DNA of 64,000 nucleotides from Gloeobacterales cyanobacterium (GTDB taxonomy: Bacteria; Cyanobacteriota; Cyanobacteriia; Gloeobacterales; PMM-0068). The number at the start of each line of letters is the position of its first letter. The first letter of the stretch is position 1. Positions 1 through 11,028 of this stretch are shown here, piece by piece. The notes under the pieces are model-generated. The model was given only the letters and a program-made list of their open reading frames with translations, made no database searches and was not told the origin of the DNA. The DNA is taken from contig JBBRSB010000023.1 of NCBI GenBank assembly GCA_038245785.1, positions 1 to 64,000 of the forward strand. The letters run 5' to 3'. Both the position numbers and the translations under genes were made by a program.

Positions 1-16
1 ACCCCTTGTATGTTGA

Positions 17-175
17 GAGTGAGCGGTAAACCGATAACCCCTTGATACTGGATATCGTGGCTGAGCCTAGGTTGCCGCTTACTCGCTCTTGAACCCGAAC
101 AGTCGCTTGGGGCCATGACCCCGTATGAGCAAGGGCGGGTCTTGACCGGGACGGCCTGCTTACCGAGTTGGAGAT
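17..175 (+). ncRNA. IS110 bridge RNA (target-binding and donor-binding loops); ends approximate
   Basis: Stem 17-29/72-84 encloses guides ATAACCCCT (34-42) and GGCTGAG (59-65), which match the flanks; stem 93-97/136-140 encloses ACAGTCGCT (99-107) and GTATGAG (123-129), which match the element ends. Confidence 0.85.
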
Positions 176-181
176 CTAGCC

Positions 182-1135
182 ATGAGCCAAATTTGGGTCG
201 GGATTGACGTAGCTAAAGCTCATCTCGACGTTGCCTTTCGCCCTAGCGGAGCTGCCCTGCATTTTCCGAACAGCCCCTGCGGAATCGAGCAGTTGTTAAG
301 TCACCTGCGTTCCGTTGAGCCCACCTTGGTGGTTTTAGAAGCCACAGGCGGTCTACAGATTCCTGTTACCGCAGCCCTTGCCCAAGCGGGTATGGCCGTG
401 GCGGTAGTCAATCCCCGCCAAGTGCGTGCCTTTGCCCGTGCCACCGGCAAACTTGCCAAAACCGATACCCTAGATGCGGCTATCCTGGCCCACTTTGGCG
501 AGGCACTCAAGCCGGAAGTACGCCCTTTGCCCGATGTCCAACTTCAGGAATTAGGGGAATTGCTGGGTCGCAGACAGCAGGTAGTGGAAATGCTGGGGAT
601 GGAAAATAATCGTCTGGCCACCCTGCACTCTAAGCGAGCCCAACAGGATGTCAAAGAGCATATCCACTGGTTACAAAAGCGTATTAACACCCTGGAACAA
701 GAACTTAAGGAACAAGTGCGCAACAGTCCGGTGTGGCGAGAGCATGACCAGTTATTGCGTTCGTGTCCTGGGGTGGGTCCGATACTATCGCTGGCGTTGT
801 TGGCTGATTTGCCGCAGTTAGGTCAGTTATCAGGTAAACAAATAGCGGCCTTAGTGGGGGTAGCGCCATTCGCCTGTGAGAGTGGCAAGTGGCAGGGCAA
901 GCGCCGTATCTGGGGAGGTCGCGCCCAAGTGCGACGCGTGCTGTACATGGCAACGGTGGCGGCAACGCGGTGGAACCCTGCCCTTCGCGAGTTTTACCAA
1001 CGATTGGTAGCGAAGGGGAAGGCGAAGAAAGTAGCGATAGTGGCTTGCATGCGCAAGTTGCTGACAATACTCAATGCCATGGTCAAACAGGGAGCGTTGT
1101 GGAAGACAGCTGAGTTGGCAGAAGAGGGGATTTAA
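182..1135 (+). CDS. IS110 family transposase/recombinase
   Basis: GIDVAK, LEATG and KTDTLDA (RuvC-like DEDD); C-terminal Transposase_20-type domain with ESGK serine and GRAQVRRVLYM. Confidence 0.97.
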   Translation: MSQIWVGIDVAKAHLDVAFRPSGAALHFPNSPCGIEQLLSHLRSVEPTLVVLEATGGLQIPVTAALAQAGMAVAVVNPRQVRAFARATGKLAKTDTLDAAILAHFGEALKPEVRPLPDVQLQELGELLGRRQQVVEMLGMENNRLATLHSKRAQQDVKEHIHWLQKRINTLEQELKEQVRNSPVWREHDQLLRSCPGVGPILSLALLADLPQLGQLSGKQIAALVGVAPFACESGKWQGKRRIWGGRAQVRRVLYMATVAATRWNPALREFYQRLVAKGKAKKVAIVACMRKLLTILNAMVKQGALWKTAELAEEGI

Positions 1136-1173
1136 GGGTTCAGCCCTTGACTCTCAACACAGTCGCTCAGCCG

Positions 1174-1725
1174 TTAGCACCCCGGAGAGTCAGGGGCATC
1201 CAAAAGAATTTGACCATAGTTGCGAGCTTCTACCCACCCAGGATCTAATCCTAGAAAAGACTCCAGCGTTCTTAGGCGCTCTAAAGCATCAGCTTGGATT
1301 TCGGCAAGCACCTCTATTTCGGCATAGGTGCGGTCGGGAAAACGCTTAAGATTATCTACTACAATTTCGCTGTCTTCAGAGAGCTTCCAGACTTTGCGTT
1401 GGCGTTCCATCGTCGGTAACGGAAAAGTCGCCATCAGTTTTACCAATTCCATCGCAGAAGCTTGTTGCTCTTCTGCCAGAGGAATTGTCACTTCCTTTCG
1501 CTGTTTAAACCCATCTTCTGAGAGCTGCGAGGGTCCTTTAGCCACCAGTTGCAGCTTCTCCCCACTGCGTCTGAGCCGGAGATAGTGCGTCTTATCACTG
1601 TTGGTATATCCGTGTAGGTCCAATTCATCCAGCACTTGGGGGAGGCCATAGGTAGATTCCAGCAACGCCAGAAAGCGTTTCACCTGAGTTTGAGGAATCA
1701 AATATTTCTTTTCAATTTCAATCAT
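1174..1725 (-). CDS. CYTH domain protein (class IV adenylate cyclase/triphosphatase-like)
   Basis: N-terminal EIEKK (ExExK), YLRLR and AEIE motifs; start placed at MIEIE. Confidence 0.85.
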   Translation of the reverse strand: MIEIEKKYLIPQTQVKRFLALLESTYGLPQVLDELDLHGYTNSDKTHYLRLRRSGEKLQLVAKGPSQLSEDGFKQRKEVTIPLAEEQQASAMELVKLMATFPLPTMERQRKVWKLSEDSEIVVDNLKRFPDRTYAEIEVLAEIQADALERLRTLESFLGLDPGWVEARNYGQILLDAPDSPGC

Positions 1726-1729
1726 CCTT

Positions 1730-2182
1730 CTAGGATAAGGAGAAACAGGGACCACCACATGCCTTACACAGTGAAAATTGCCTAAAGGGCCGTGTGCACT
1801 CTTCGCAAACTCTAGCCTGGCAGCTCTGACACTGAAGATTTGCTTTCTGTTCTTTATGTTTTAGACAGTAAATATTGAACTGGTCCCCACTTCCTTGCGC
1901 ATGCGTCGCAGCCGCTTGCTTCACCGTAGCGAGTCCTTCACGAGCACACTTCACAAGGGGAGATGGGCACATTGAAGCCTGCAACATACTTTTATATATT
2001 TTCTCTGCTTCCTGATACTGCCCCAAACCTTGATGACAATAGGCTGTCATCAGCGGGAGGTTAAAGTCGTGGGGAGCACGTTTTAACTGAGTAGAAAAAT
2101 AAACTAAGGCTGCCTCAAAATCTTGGGCTTCGTACGCTGCTAAGCCCAGCTCATAATCATCCTTCACTTGTTCTGGCATCAC
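1730..2182 (-). CDS. TPR protein with C-terminal B-box-type zinc finger
   Basis: TPR-like helices, then CLKH...CQSC...CEEC...CKAC. Confidence 0.7.
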   Translation of the reverse strand: MMPEQVKDDYELGLAAYEAQDFEAALVYFSTQLKRAPHDFNLPLMTAYCHQGLGQYQEAEKIYKSMLQASMCPSPLVKCAREGLATVKQAAATHAQGSGDQFNIYCLKHKEQKANLQCQSCQARVCEECTRPFRQFSLCKACGGPCFSLS

Positions 2183-2229
2183 TTTCTCAGGCCCAACTGC
2201 GTAGTAACTGTCTGGTCGCTAATCGCTGA

Positions 2230-3881
<1,652 letters not shown>

Positions 3882-3903
3882 CTGTGCTTAGATGTACAGG
3901 TTT

Positions 3904-4302
3904 TTAGGATTTGCCAATGGCTCTGAGTTTAGCGTTGGCCCGTTGAATTTCTGTTTTGGCAGAAAGCTGGTCAGCGGGGTCTTGCGTACCCTCTAGCATT
4001 TTCTGCGCACGGGCTAGCTGTTCCCGAGTTTCTTGCTCATTGATCTGATCCGATTGGGCGGCCCCATTGGCCAGGATCGTAATCTCGTTATTTTCCACTT
4101 CTACAAATCCACCCATCACGGCCAATTTGGTGGTTTGACCTTTGCTCTTTACCTGCAGTACTCCAATGCCCAAGGCACTGACTAAAGGAGCGTGGTTCGA
4201 TAGGATTCCCAACTCTCCGGTCGCACTGGGAAGAATCACTTCATCGGCGGTGCCGTCCCAAACTACTTTGTCAGGAGCAATGATTTTTACCGTCAGAACC
4301 AT
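3904..4302 (-). CDS. atpC: F0F1 ATP synthase subunit epsilon
   Basis: LPSATGELGILSNHAPL and GGFVEV motifs; C-terminal helical hairpin. Confidence 0.97.
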   Translation of the reverse strand: MVLTVKIIAPDKVVWDGTADEVILPSATGELGILSNHAPLVSALGIGVLQVKSKGQTTKLAVMGGFVEVENNEITILANGAAQSDQINEQETREQLARAQKMLEGTQDPADQLSAKTEIQRANAKLRAIGKS

Positions 4303-4365
4303 GGAAATTCCCTACTGCGTCGCTCTTTAGATTACCGCAACAGTGCGCTTATTGAGGTTCTAATA

Positions 4366-4524
4366 TTGCCCACCCAACCCTTAGGAAATAATGGGACTAG
4401 GTGGAACGAAGAAGACCCCCTATAGTCTCCCTTGGCACTAGGCGTTCGCGTAGCGTCTCTGCAAGAGACAGCCTTCCCGGAGGGTGGGGAGCTGTCCCGC
4501 AGGGACTGAGGGGTTGGTGGGCAA
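4366..4524. repeat. REP/SDR-like composite palindromic element with imperfect terminal inverted repeats and three GNA-triloop hairpins
   Basis: TTGCCCACCCAACCCTTAG (4366-4384) vs CTGAGGGGTTGGTGGGCAA (4506-4524); hairpins GTCTCT-GCA-AGAGAC, CCC-GGA-GGG, GTCCC-GCA-GGGAC. Confidence 0.6.
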
Positions 4525-4545
4525 ATCTTCCTTTAAAGTTAGTAA

Positions 4546-5145
4546 ATGACGACAAACCAAAAAATTCTGGTCCTTGCCAGCGGCAACCCAGGCAAGCTTA
4601 AGGAACTTCAAAACTATCTAGAGCCAACGGGTTGGTCTATAGAAGCTAAACCAGCGGACCTCGATCCAGAGGAAACGGGTACAACCTTTGCAGAGAATGC
4701 TCGGATTAAGGCTCAAGCTGTTGCTGCGTTTTTAGGCAAACCTGCTTTGGCCGATGATTCCGGACTGGAAGTGTGGAGCTTAGGCAGTCGCCCTGGAGTC
4801 CATTCTGCCCGCTATGGCCCCGACGACCAGGGTCGGATTGCTCGACTTTTAGAAGAGTTGAAAGACCAAAGCGACCGCTCGGCCCGATTTGTCTGCGCTC
4901 TATGTATCGCAGACCCCGACGGTTCCATTTGGCTAGAAACGGAAGGAGTCTGTGCGGGAGAAATTCTCACCGAGTCCAGAGGCAGCGGAGGATTTGGCTA
5001 CGATCCCGTTTTTTATGTACCAGAACTGGATAAAACTTTTGCTCAGTTGAGCCCTGAAGAAAAACTCCAGTACAGCCATCGCGGCAAAGCACTCAACGCA
5101 CTCAAGGAGAAGTGGGACGTGCTATTGAGAAGTACGCCAGAGTAA
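4546..5145 (+). CDS. rdgB: non-canonical purine NTP pyrophosphatase (RdgB/HAM1)
   Basis: ASGNPGK, ADDSGL, GFGYDP, SHRGKA motifs. Confidence 0.97.
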   Translation: MTTNQKILVLASGNPGKLKELQNYLEPTGWSIEAKPADLDPEETGTTFAENARIKAQAVAAFLGKPALADDSGLEVWSLGSRPGVHSARYGPDDQGRIARLLEELKDQSDRSARFVCALCIADPDGSIWLETEGVCAGEILTESRGSGGFGYDPVFYVPELDKTFAQLSPEEKLQYSHRGKALNALKEKWDVLLRSTPE

Positions 5146-6315
5146 CAACCCACCCGCTCCTAAGGTGACGAGGTTAGGGATCCAGGCCGCTAGAATCGGT
5201 GGAAGACTGCCTGTCTGCCCTAAGGCTGCACAAACAGCCATCATCACGTAGAAGGCAAAGATAATTAGGACACTAAAGCCAACGCCCACAGCACCACTGG
5301 TTCTTTGGGGACGGATTCCCAGTAGGCTCCCAACAAAAGCAAAAGAGATACAGGTGAACGGAATCGAAAATTTCTGATAGAGCTCGACCAGCAGACCATC
5401 GACGGGTTGATGACTATCTCTTGTCAGTTGAATGAAGCGAGTCAACTCACCAGAAGTCATCTCTTTGGGTTTACGTTCCTCATTGGCAAAATCTAGAAAA
5501 GCATTAGCAATATAGACATTCTGTTCCTTAAAACGGAGAATATTGCGATAGGAGCCATCGGCAGCGACAAAATAGCTAGTCCCTTTCAGAAATTTCCAAA
5601 CTTGCTTTTCAGGAATCCATTCTGCTCGGTCCGCAGCAACAATTTGACTTAGCCCTTTTTCAGAGAAATCAACAACGGTTACCCCATTCATTACACCACC
5701 TTCGTAACTTTGGGTGTAAATGATACGCGTCACCCGAGAAACCAGTTGCCCATCTTCTCCCTTAACCTGCTCATACTGCGGATAGAAAAAGTTTTCTTTC
5801 CTGAAAGAAGGCTCCTGATTGCTCAAAGCACGGGCCAGCGTAATGGAAGCAGAGCGATTTGCTGAGGGCACAACAACTTCATTGAGGACCAGGGTTCCTG
5901 CGGCAACCAGAGTGCCAATGAGCAGGACAGGGGTAATTAAACGAGCAATACTAACGCCACAAGCTCTCAAGGCAATAACTTCAAAATCTCCAGATAAACG
6001 GCCAAAAGCCTGGAGGGTAGCCAGCAGCGTCGCCATCGGGAAAGTTAGCACAATCAAGTTCGGCATGCGCAGTACAAATATCTGGAAGGCGGTACCCAGC
6101 GGCATGCCATTTTCTACCATGTAGCGGACTAATTCAAAGAGTGAACCAATAGTCAGAATTAAGGCAGTAAAAACAGCAACCCCAAACGTAAAGGGGAGTA
6201 TCATCTCTGTGATTACATAGCGGTCCATAATCGATAAGCCAGGAATGCTAAATCCCCGTTTTGCTATAGGCGATTGGACTTTAGGAATAGAACTTCTTGT
6301 AGTAGGAGCAGTCAT
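5122..6315 (-). CDS. LptF/LptG family LPS export permease
   Basis: MDRY...E start, multiple TM helices, EVIALRACGVS, AAWIPN; operon with lptB. Confidence 0.93.
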   Translation of the reverse strand: MTAPTTRSSIPKVQSPIAKRGFSIPGLSIMDRYVITEMILPFTFGVAVFTALILTIGSLFELVRYMVENGMPLGTAFQIFVLRMPNLIVLTFPMATLLATLQAFGRLSGDFEVIALRACGVSIARLITPVLLIGTLVAAGTLVLNEVVVPSANRSASITLARALSNQEPSFRKENFFYPQYEQVKGEDGQLVSRVTRIIYTQSYEGGVMNGVTVVDFSEKGLSQIVAADRAEWIPEKQVWKFLKGTSYFVAADGSYRNILRFKEQNVYIANAFLDFANEERKPKEMTSGELTRFIQLTRDSHQPVDGLLVELYQKFSIPFTCISFAFVGSLLGIRPQRTSGAVGVGFSVLIIFAFYVMMAVCAALGQTGSLPPILAAWIPNLVTLGAGGLLLWRTSQ

Positions 6316-7055
6316 AATTTGAATGTCTCTCCCAGATAGTATTTGCGGACTTCTGGATTTCTGGCCAGCTCTTCGGGAACCCCATCCGCCAGAATTTCCC
6401 CTTCGTGCATGATATAGGCTCGATCGGTAATGGCAAGGGTAGCGCCGACACTATGGTCCGTTATAAAGATACCCATGCCTCTATCTCTGAGCTGCTTAAT
6501 CAACTTCTGTATATCGCCCACCGTGATTGGGTCCACACCTGCAAAGGGTTCATCCAAAAGGAGGAATCGCGGTTCTTCTATCCCTGCCGCTAAAGCACGT
6601 GCTAGCTCTACCCTACGCTTTTCTCCTCCAGAAAGCTGTATCCCCTTACTAGTTCTTACTCGATGCAGACCAAATTCATCCAATAAGTCCTCTGCCCGCT
6701 TGGCCTGTTGCCCATAGGGGACTTTGGACTGCTCCATCACAAGATAGAGGTTATCTTCTACGCTCAAGCCTCTAAAAACGCTATTTTCTTGAGGCAAATA
6801 GGCGATCCCTCGACGAGCACGCTTGTGAATGGGAAGGTGGGTAATCAGCTCATCATCCAGAAAAACTTCGCCACTGTCCGGCTTCTCTAAGCCGGTAATC
6901 ATATAAAACGTAGTCGTCTTGCCGGCCCCATTTCCACCCAAAAGACCGACAACTTCACCCTGAGCAAAGTTGAGGTCTACGCCTTTCACAATCCTGCGCT
7001 TGCCAAAACTCTTCGAAATTTGCTCAAGAGCAATCTTTTTAAGGGGCATTGACAC
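6312..7055 (-). CDS. lptB: LPS export ABC transporter ATP-binding protein
   Basis: GGNGAGKTT, LSGGEKRRVE, LLDEPFAGVDP motifs. Confidence 0.96.
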   Translation of the reverse strand: MSMPLKKIALEQISKSFGKRRIVKGVDLNFAQGEVVGLLGGNGAGKTTTFYMITGLEKPDSGEVFLDDELITHLPIHKRARRGIAYLPQENSVFRGLSVEDNLYLVMEQSKVPYGQQAKRAEDLLDEFGLHRVRTSKGIQLSGGEKRRVELARALAAGIEEPRFLLLDEPFAGVDPITVGDIQKLIKQLRDRGMGIFITDHSVGATLAITDRAYIMHEGEILADGVPEELARNPEVRKYYLGETFKL

Positions 7056-7461
7056 CGCTCCCAGGACGAGCGCGGCTTTCTTGATTTTCTTCTGGAGGCA
7101 CTGTATACACAGAAGTCACCTGTTTACCAGGTTGGGGTTCCGCCTTAAAGATACTTTCCTTGATAAAATAAGTCACTTTCTCTGAACGGATCGTATTCTC
7201 GCCCTTCTGAACAATGACAACGCCACCTGTCATCGTAATCGTCCGTTTTTTGGTGTTATAAACCGCTTGATTGGCCGTAGCCGTGACCTGTCGAGCAGGA
7301 TATTCAATCCGGACATTGCCTGTAGCCGTGACGATCCCTGTATTCGAATTGGCTTCTTGGGTATCGGCATTGATGGTTACAGAACTCCCTGATTTCCCTT
7401 GGGCTAAAGACACAGAAGCAAACAAGGCGACTAAAGTAAACGCCAAAGGAACAGATTTCAT
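7039..7461 (-). CDS. lptA: LptA/OstA family periplasmic protein
   Basis: signal peptide, beta-jellyroll pattern (ATGNV, TGGVVIVQ); directly upstream of lptB. Confidence 0.88.
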   Translation of the reverse strand: MKSVPLAFTLVALFASVSLAQGKSGSSVTINADTQEANSNTGIVTATGNVRIEYPARQVTATANQAVYNTKKRTITMTGGVVIVQKGENTIRSEKVTYFIKESIFKAEPQPGKQVTSVYTVPPEENQESRARPGSGVNAP

Positions 7462-7751
7462 AGAGGTAGGATAGGGCTGAAAGGGGTTAGCAGGGGCTTT
7501 AAAGCTCTAGTTCCATAGTGACATATTCCCTGCCCCGACCTTCTTCACAAAAGCGCAATCAATCAATTTAATATCATTCAAATAGAAATCGTGCCCTATC
7601 CCACCAGAGGGATGGGGCTTTCAGCTTCAACGGAAAGATAAATCGTTATGAATTATAAGTAAGAAGGCTCACACCCTAAAGACCCAGGGCACATAGGGTA
7701 TTGCAAGGACAAACGGTACACTGAAATTAAGTACTTATTAGTGGAGTGTTC

Positions 7752-8024
7752 ATGAGCGCGGCCCAACCTCTCATAGAAATTTATACTTGGCGGTCTTGTC
7801 CGTATTGTATTCAGGCCAAAGCCTTACTGGACAGCAAAAATGTTACTTATACCGAATACGCCATTGATGGCGATGAAGCAGCTCGAGACAAGATGTCCAA
7901 ACGGTCCATGGGCAGACGCTCAGTTCCGCAGATCTTTATCAATGATCAGCATGTGGGTGGCTGCGATGATATTCATGCCTTAGACCGTGCTGGGAAACTC
8001 GACCCTCTACTCCAGGCTGTGTAA
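7752..8024 (+). CDS. grxC: glutaredoxin 3
   Basis: CPYC active site, SVPQIFI, GGCDD. Confidence 0.96.
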   Translation: MSAAQPLIEIYTWRSCPYCIQAKALLDSKNVTYTEYAIDGDEAARDKMSKRSMGRRSVPQIFINDQHVGGCDDIHALDRAGKLDPLLQAV

Positions 8025-8027
8025 ATA

Positions 8028-8981
8028 ATGGCAGATTTGGTCTTTGTGCTGGACCCGCTAGCAACCCTGATCCCGCACCATGATTCCACCGTTGCCCTGA
8101 TGCAGGCAGCCCAGCAGCGGGGGCATACCCTCTGGACCTGTGGCATCGAAGACCTATCGATTGTAGATGGGATCGCTCATGCCAGAGCGATCCATACGCA
8201 TCTCCACCTCGATCAGTTACCCTACTACACCACCGAGGAAAGGGTCCTCCTGTCCTTAGATAGTGTGGATGCGGTGTTTATGCGCAAAGACCCGCCCGTT
8301 TCTGCCGAGTATCTTTTTGCTACTTATATTTTGGACCGCACCAAAACCCTGGTCGTGAATCGTCCCCAGGGCCTCCGCGATGCCAATGAAAAAGTCTATA
8401 CGCTGAACTTTCTGCCATACACCCCAGAAACCTTAGTCACTAGTCGACCGGCCCAGGTGCGGGAATTCTTAAAAACCTTCCAGAAAGCGATTCTTAAACC
8501 ACTGGATGGCAAGGGGGGCGAGGGCATCTTCTTGCTCACTCTAGAGGACAAAAATCTCAACTCGCTCGTGGAGACGATGACCCGTTTTGAGACCCGTCCC
8601 GTTGTCGTTCAGCGCTATCTGCCCGAAGCAAGTTTAGGGGACAAGCGCATTATTCTCCTGGATGGCGAACCCTTAGGTGCTATTTTGCGCGTTCCTCAAA
8701 GCCATGAAGTTCGGGGTAATATGCGGGTAGGAGGGCAAGTCGTGAAAGCTGAGATCACAGACCACGAGCGGGAAATCTGCGCCTATCTCGCTCCCAAGCT
8801 CAAAGCTGATGGACTCTACTTTGTGGGGATCGATATTATTGGTCCTTATTTAACGGAAGTTAATGTCACCAGTCCCACGGGTATACAAGAAGTTGACCAA
8901 CTGAATGGAAGTTCTATAGGCGCTACGATTATTGAATGGGTAGAAAACCAGCTACAAAAAACTAAACCAGTCAAAAAGTGA
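8028..8981 (+). CDS. gshB: glutathione synthetase
   Basis: MRKDPP, GDKRI, EVNVTSPTG motifs; follows grxC as is usual in cyanobacteria. Confidence 0.97.
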   Translation: MADLVFVLDPLATLIPHHDSTVALMQAAQQRGHTLWTCGIEDLSIVDGIAHARAIHTHLHLDQLPYYTTEERVLLSLDSVDAVFMRKDPPVSAEYLFATYILDRTKTLVVNRPQGLRDANEKVYTLNFLPYTPETLVTSRPAQVREFLKTFQKAILKPLDGKGGEGIFLLTLEDKNLNSLVETMTRFETRPVVVQRYLPEASLGDKRIILLDGEPLGAILRVPQSHEVRGNMRVGGQVVKAEITDHEREICAYLAPKLKADGLYFVGIDIIGPYLTEVNVTSPTGIQEVDQLNGSSIGATIIEWVENQLQKTKPVKK

Positions 8982-9019
8982 TGCTTTTAAAGCGAAAAAG
9001 TGGAGAGTAGGAAGTCGCT

Positions 9020-9568
9020 TTGAAAAAACCCCAATCCCTAGGCTCCGTCTTAAACACCCTGATCGACCGGGGTGCTTTTCAGCGTCAACATCAGCTTCTT
9101 CGGGCCCTAGACCATTGGCAAAATATTGTGGGAACGGACGTAGCTGCTCATGCCCAACCCTTAGAACTGAGAGATAAAACCCTCTTCGTAGCCGTTTCCA
9201 GTCCTACCTGGGCGCAACAATTAGCCTTTCAAAGACGTACGTTGCTGAACCGATTGAAAACGCTACTCGGAGAAAACGTGCTTCAGGACATCCGCTTCCA
9301 AACCACCGGCTGGGCAGAGCGCAACCTGAAACGCACCGCCAACCCAGAGAAGAAAGTAAAGAAGGTATCGAGAAAGACCTCTCACCGGCAACCCCCTGAC
9401 CTACCAGAAGCCCGCACCCTGGACGAAAGACTAGAACGGGTCAAAAAGCTAGCGCACTGGAGCATGAATCAGTGGCCTTGTTGTCCCCGCTGTGGGCTGG
9501 CTGCACCTTCTAGTGAATTGGAACGACATGGTTACTGTATCCATTGTTTTTTGAAATCAAAATTGTGA
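9020..9568 (+). CDS. DUF721/DciA family protein with C-terminal Zn ribbon
   Basis: WQNIVG...AHAQP...VSSPTWAQQL; CPRC...CIHC. Confidence 0.85.
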   Translation: MKKPQSLGSVLNTLIDRGAFQRQHQLLRALDHWQNIVGTDVAAHAQPLELRDKTLFVAVSSPTWAQQLAFQRRTLLNRLKTLLGENVLQDIRFQTTGWAERNLKRTANPEKKVKKVSRKTSHRQPPDLPEARTLDERLERVKKLAHWSMNQWPCCPRCGLAAPSSELERHGYCIHCFLKSKL

Positions 9569-11028
9569 AACTCCGCAGCTTACTAATCTATACATGGACC
9601 TTCCTGGTCGCCCTGCTCGTTCTTTTCACCTTGGGGCGCAGCTTTAGCGAACCTCAAGTCCAAGAAGATTTAAATTCATCCCAGGTGGATTTGACTCTCC
9701 AGGCCTCTTGGCTAGCCCAAGAATCAGAGGCCCTAAGGGACCCTGCAGCCAATCTAGCGCTGCAACTCGTCGGAAAAGAGAATCTCAAAGAAGCACCTCA
9801 ATCAGCTGAAGAAACCTACGAAAAGGCATATCAAAAATTTGCTAAGCCCTCCCCTGTGCGAGAAGGATTACCTCTAGGAGAAGCGACCAAGATCGTAGAA
9901 GCGCGCAGTCTAGCCAAAGCCAAACTACAGATTCGTTTGGGACTACTGAAGGCTGAAACGGAGGATGTCCAGGGAGCAATGACCCTGTGGCAGGAAGCCG
10001 GGAACGTTCCCAAGATGGCGCTGAGTGCAAAAGTCTTACGCGGACTGTACAGTTCTCCCGCCCGCATCTATCCAGAAAGTGAACAGATTCTATCCACAGA
10101 ACTGAAGGGTTGGTACAGGGATAGAGCCTTGCTCCAGCTCTATACGATTCAATCCAGAACTCGGGCACTCGAAAATCTCAAGGAACAAATTCAAACACAA
10201 GCAGAAAGCCAACTCAAACTCTTGGCCCTGGTTGGCTCTTTCCCTCTAGTCATGGCTCTGATTGGGATAGGAGTCTTAGGTCGTGAAGCTTTTCTGTGGC
10301 AGCGAAAGAGACTTCTGCCACGGACCTGGAACGTCCCTTGGGACTTGGAAACCACCTGTCTCATACTGGCTGGTTGGATCACCCTCTATAACTTCTTGGG
10401 GTTCTCGGTCAGCCAGAGTGTCCAGTCTCTCACCCAAAGCCTGCCCAAAGATACAGCCGTTGCCTTAGCTGCCTTTGCGAGCTATGGCGTGGGAGCCCTA
10501 GTCGGCATCCTGCTGATCAATTTCTTAATTTGGCGGCCTTTCAAAGGGCGACTTCAAGAACTGTTCAGATTTGATATCCGCGCCCTTCCTATTGGATTTG
10601 TGGCTTACTTTGCGGCGGTTCCCCTGGTGATCGCGGTAGCAGCCCTCAATGAAAAAATCATTCCTCAAGGCGGTGGCGGTAATCCCGTCCTCACGATTAT
10701 TACGAGCAGCGAAAACATTGAAGCCAAGGTTTTGCTTTTTATTACCGTGGCGGTCTTGGCTCCCCTATTTGAAGAAACCCTATTTCGGGGAATGCTCTAT
10801 CCCGCCTTAGCTAGCCGCATGAGCCCTTGGTTTGCGATTCCGTTGACAAGTTTTATCTTTGCGGCCTGCCACTTCAGTGCTGCCGAACTTCTTCCCCTCA
10901 CCTTACTGGGGCTCGTGATGACCTACACCTACCAGCGCACCAAAAACTTAGTCCCCAGCATGGTCCTCCATAGTCTTTGGAATGGTGGGTCTTTCCTAGC
11001 CCTGCTCGTACTCGGTGGCGGCACTTAA
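9565..11028 (+). CDS. CPBP family (Abi/CAAX) intramembrane protease
   Basis: [21 protein letters not shown] motifs; GTGA overlap with the upstream gene. Confidence 0.92.
   Translation: MKLRSLLIYTWTFLVALLVLFTLGRSFSEPQVQEDLNSSQVDLTLQASWLAQESEALRDPAANLALQLVGKENLKEAPQSAEETYEKAYQKFAKPSPVREGLPLGEATKIVEARSLAKAKLQIRLGLLKAETEDVQGAMTLWQEAGNVPKMALSAKVLRGLYSSPARIYPESEQILSTELKGWYRDRALLQLYTIQSRTRALENLKEQIQTQAESQLKLLALVGSFPLVMALIGIGVLGREAFLWQRKRLLPRTWNVPWDLETTCLILAGWITLYNFLGFSVSQSVQSLTQSLPKDTAVALAAFASYGVGALVGILLINFLIWRPFKGRLQELFRFDIRALPIGFVAYFAAVPLVIAVAALNEKIIPQGGGGNPVLTIITSSENIEAKVLLFITVAVLAPLFEETLFRGMLYPALASRMSPWFAIPLTSFIFAACHFSAAELLPLTLLGLVMTYTYQRTKNLVPSMVLHSLWNGGSFLALLVLGGGT

Larger units (their letters stand above)
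5..1167 (+). mobile_element. IS110-family insertion sequence, complete, with CT core at both ends
   Basis: CT core at 5-6 and 1166-1167; subterminal inverted repeat TGTTGAGAGT (11-20) / ACTCTCAACA (1150-1159); DEDD recombinase ORF; long non-coding left end. Confidence 0.92.

Noticed and set aside
9565..11028. CAAX/Abi protease as the RiPP peptidase or immunity gene
   Set aside because: It lies about 9 kb from the precursor, is coupled to the DUF721 gene and looks like the conserved cyanobacterial housekeeping type.
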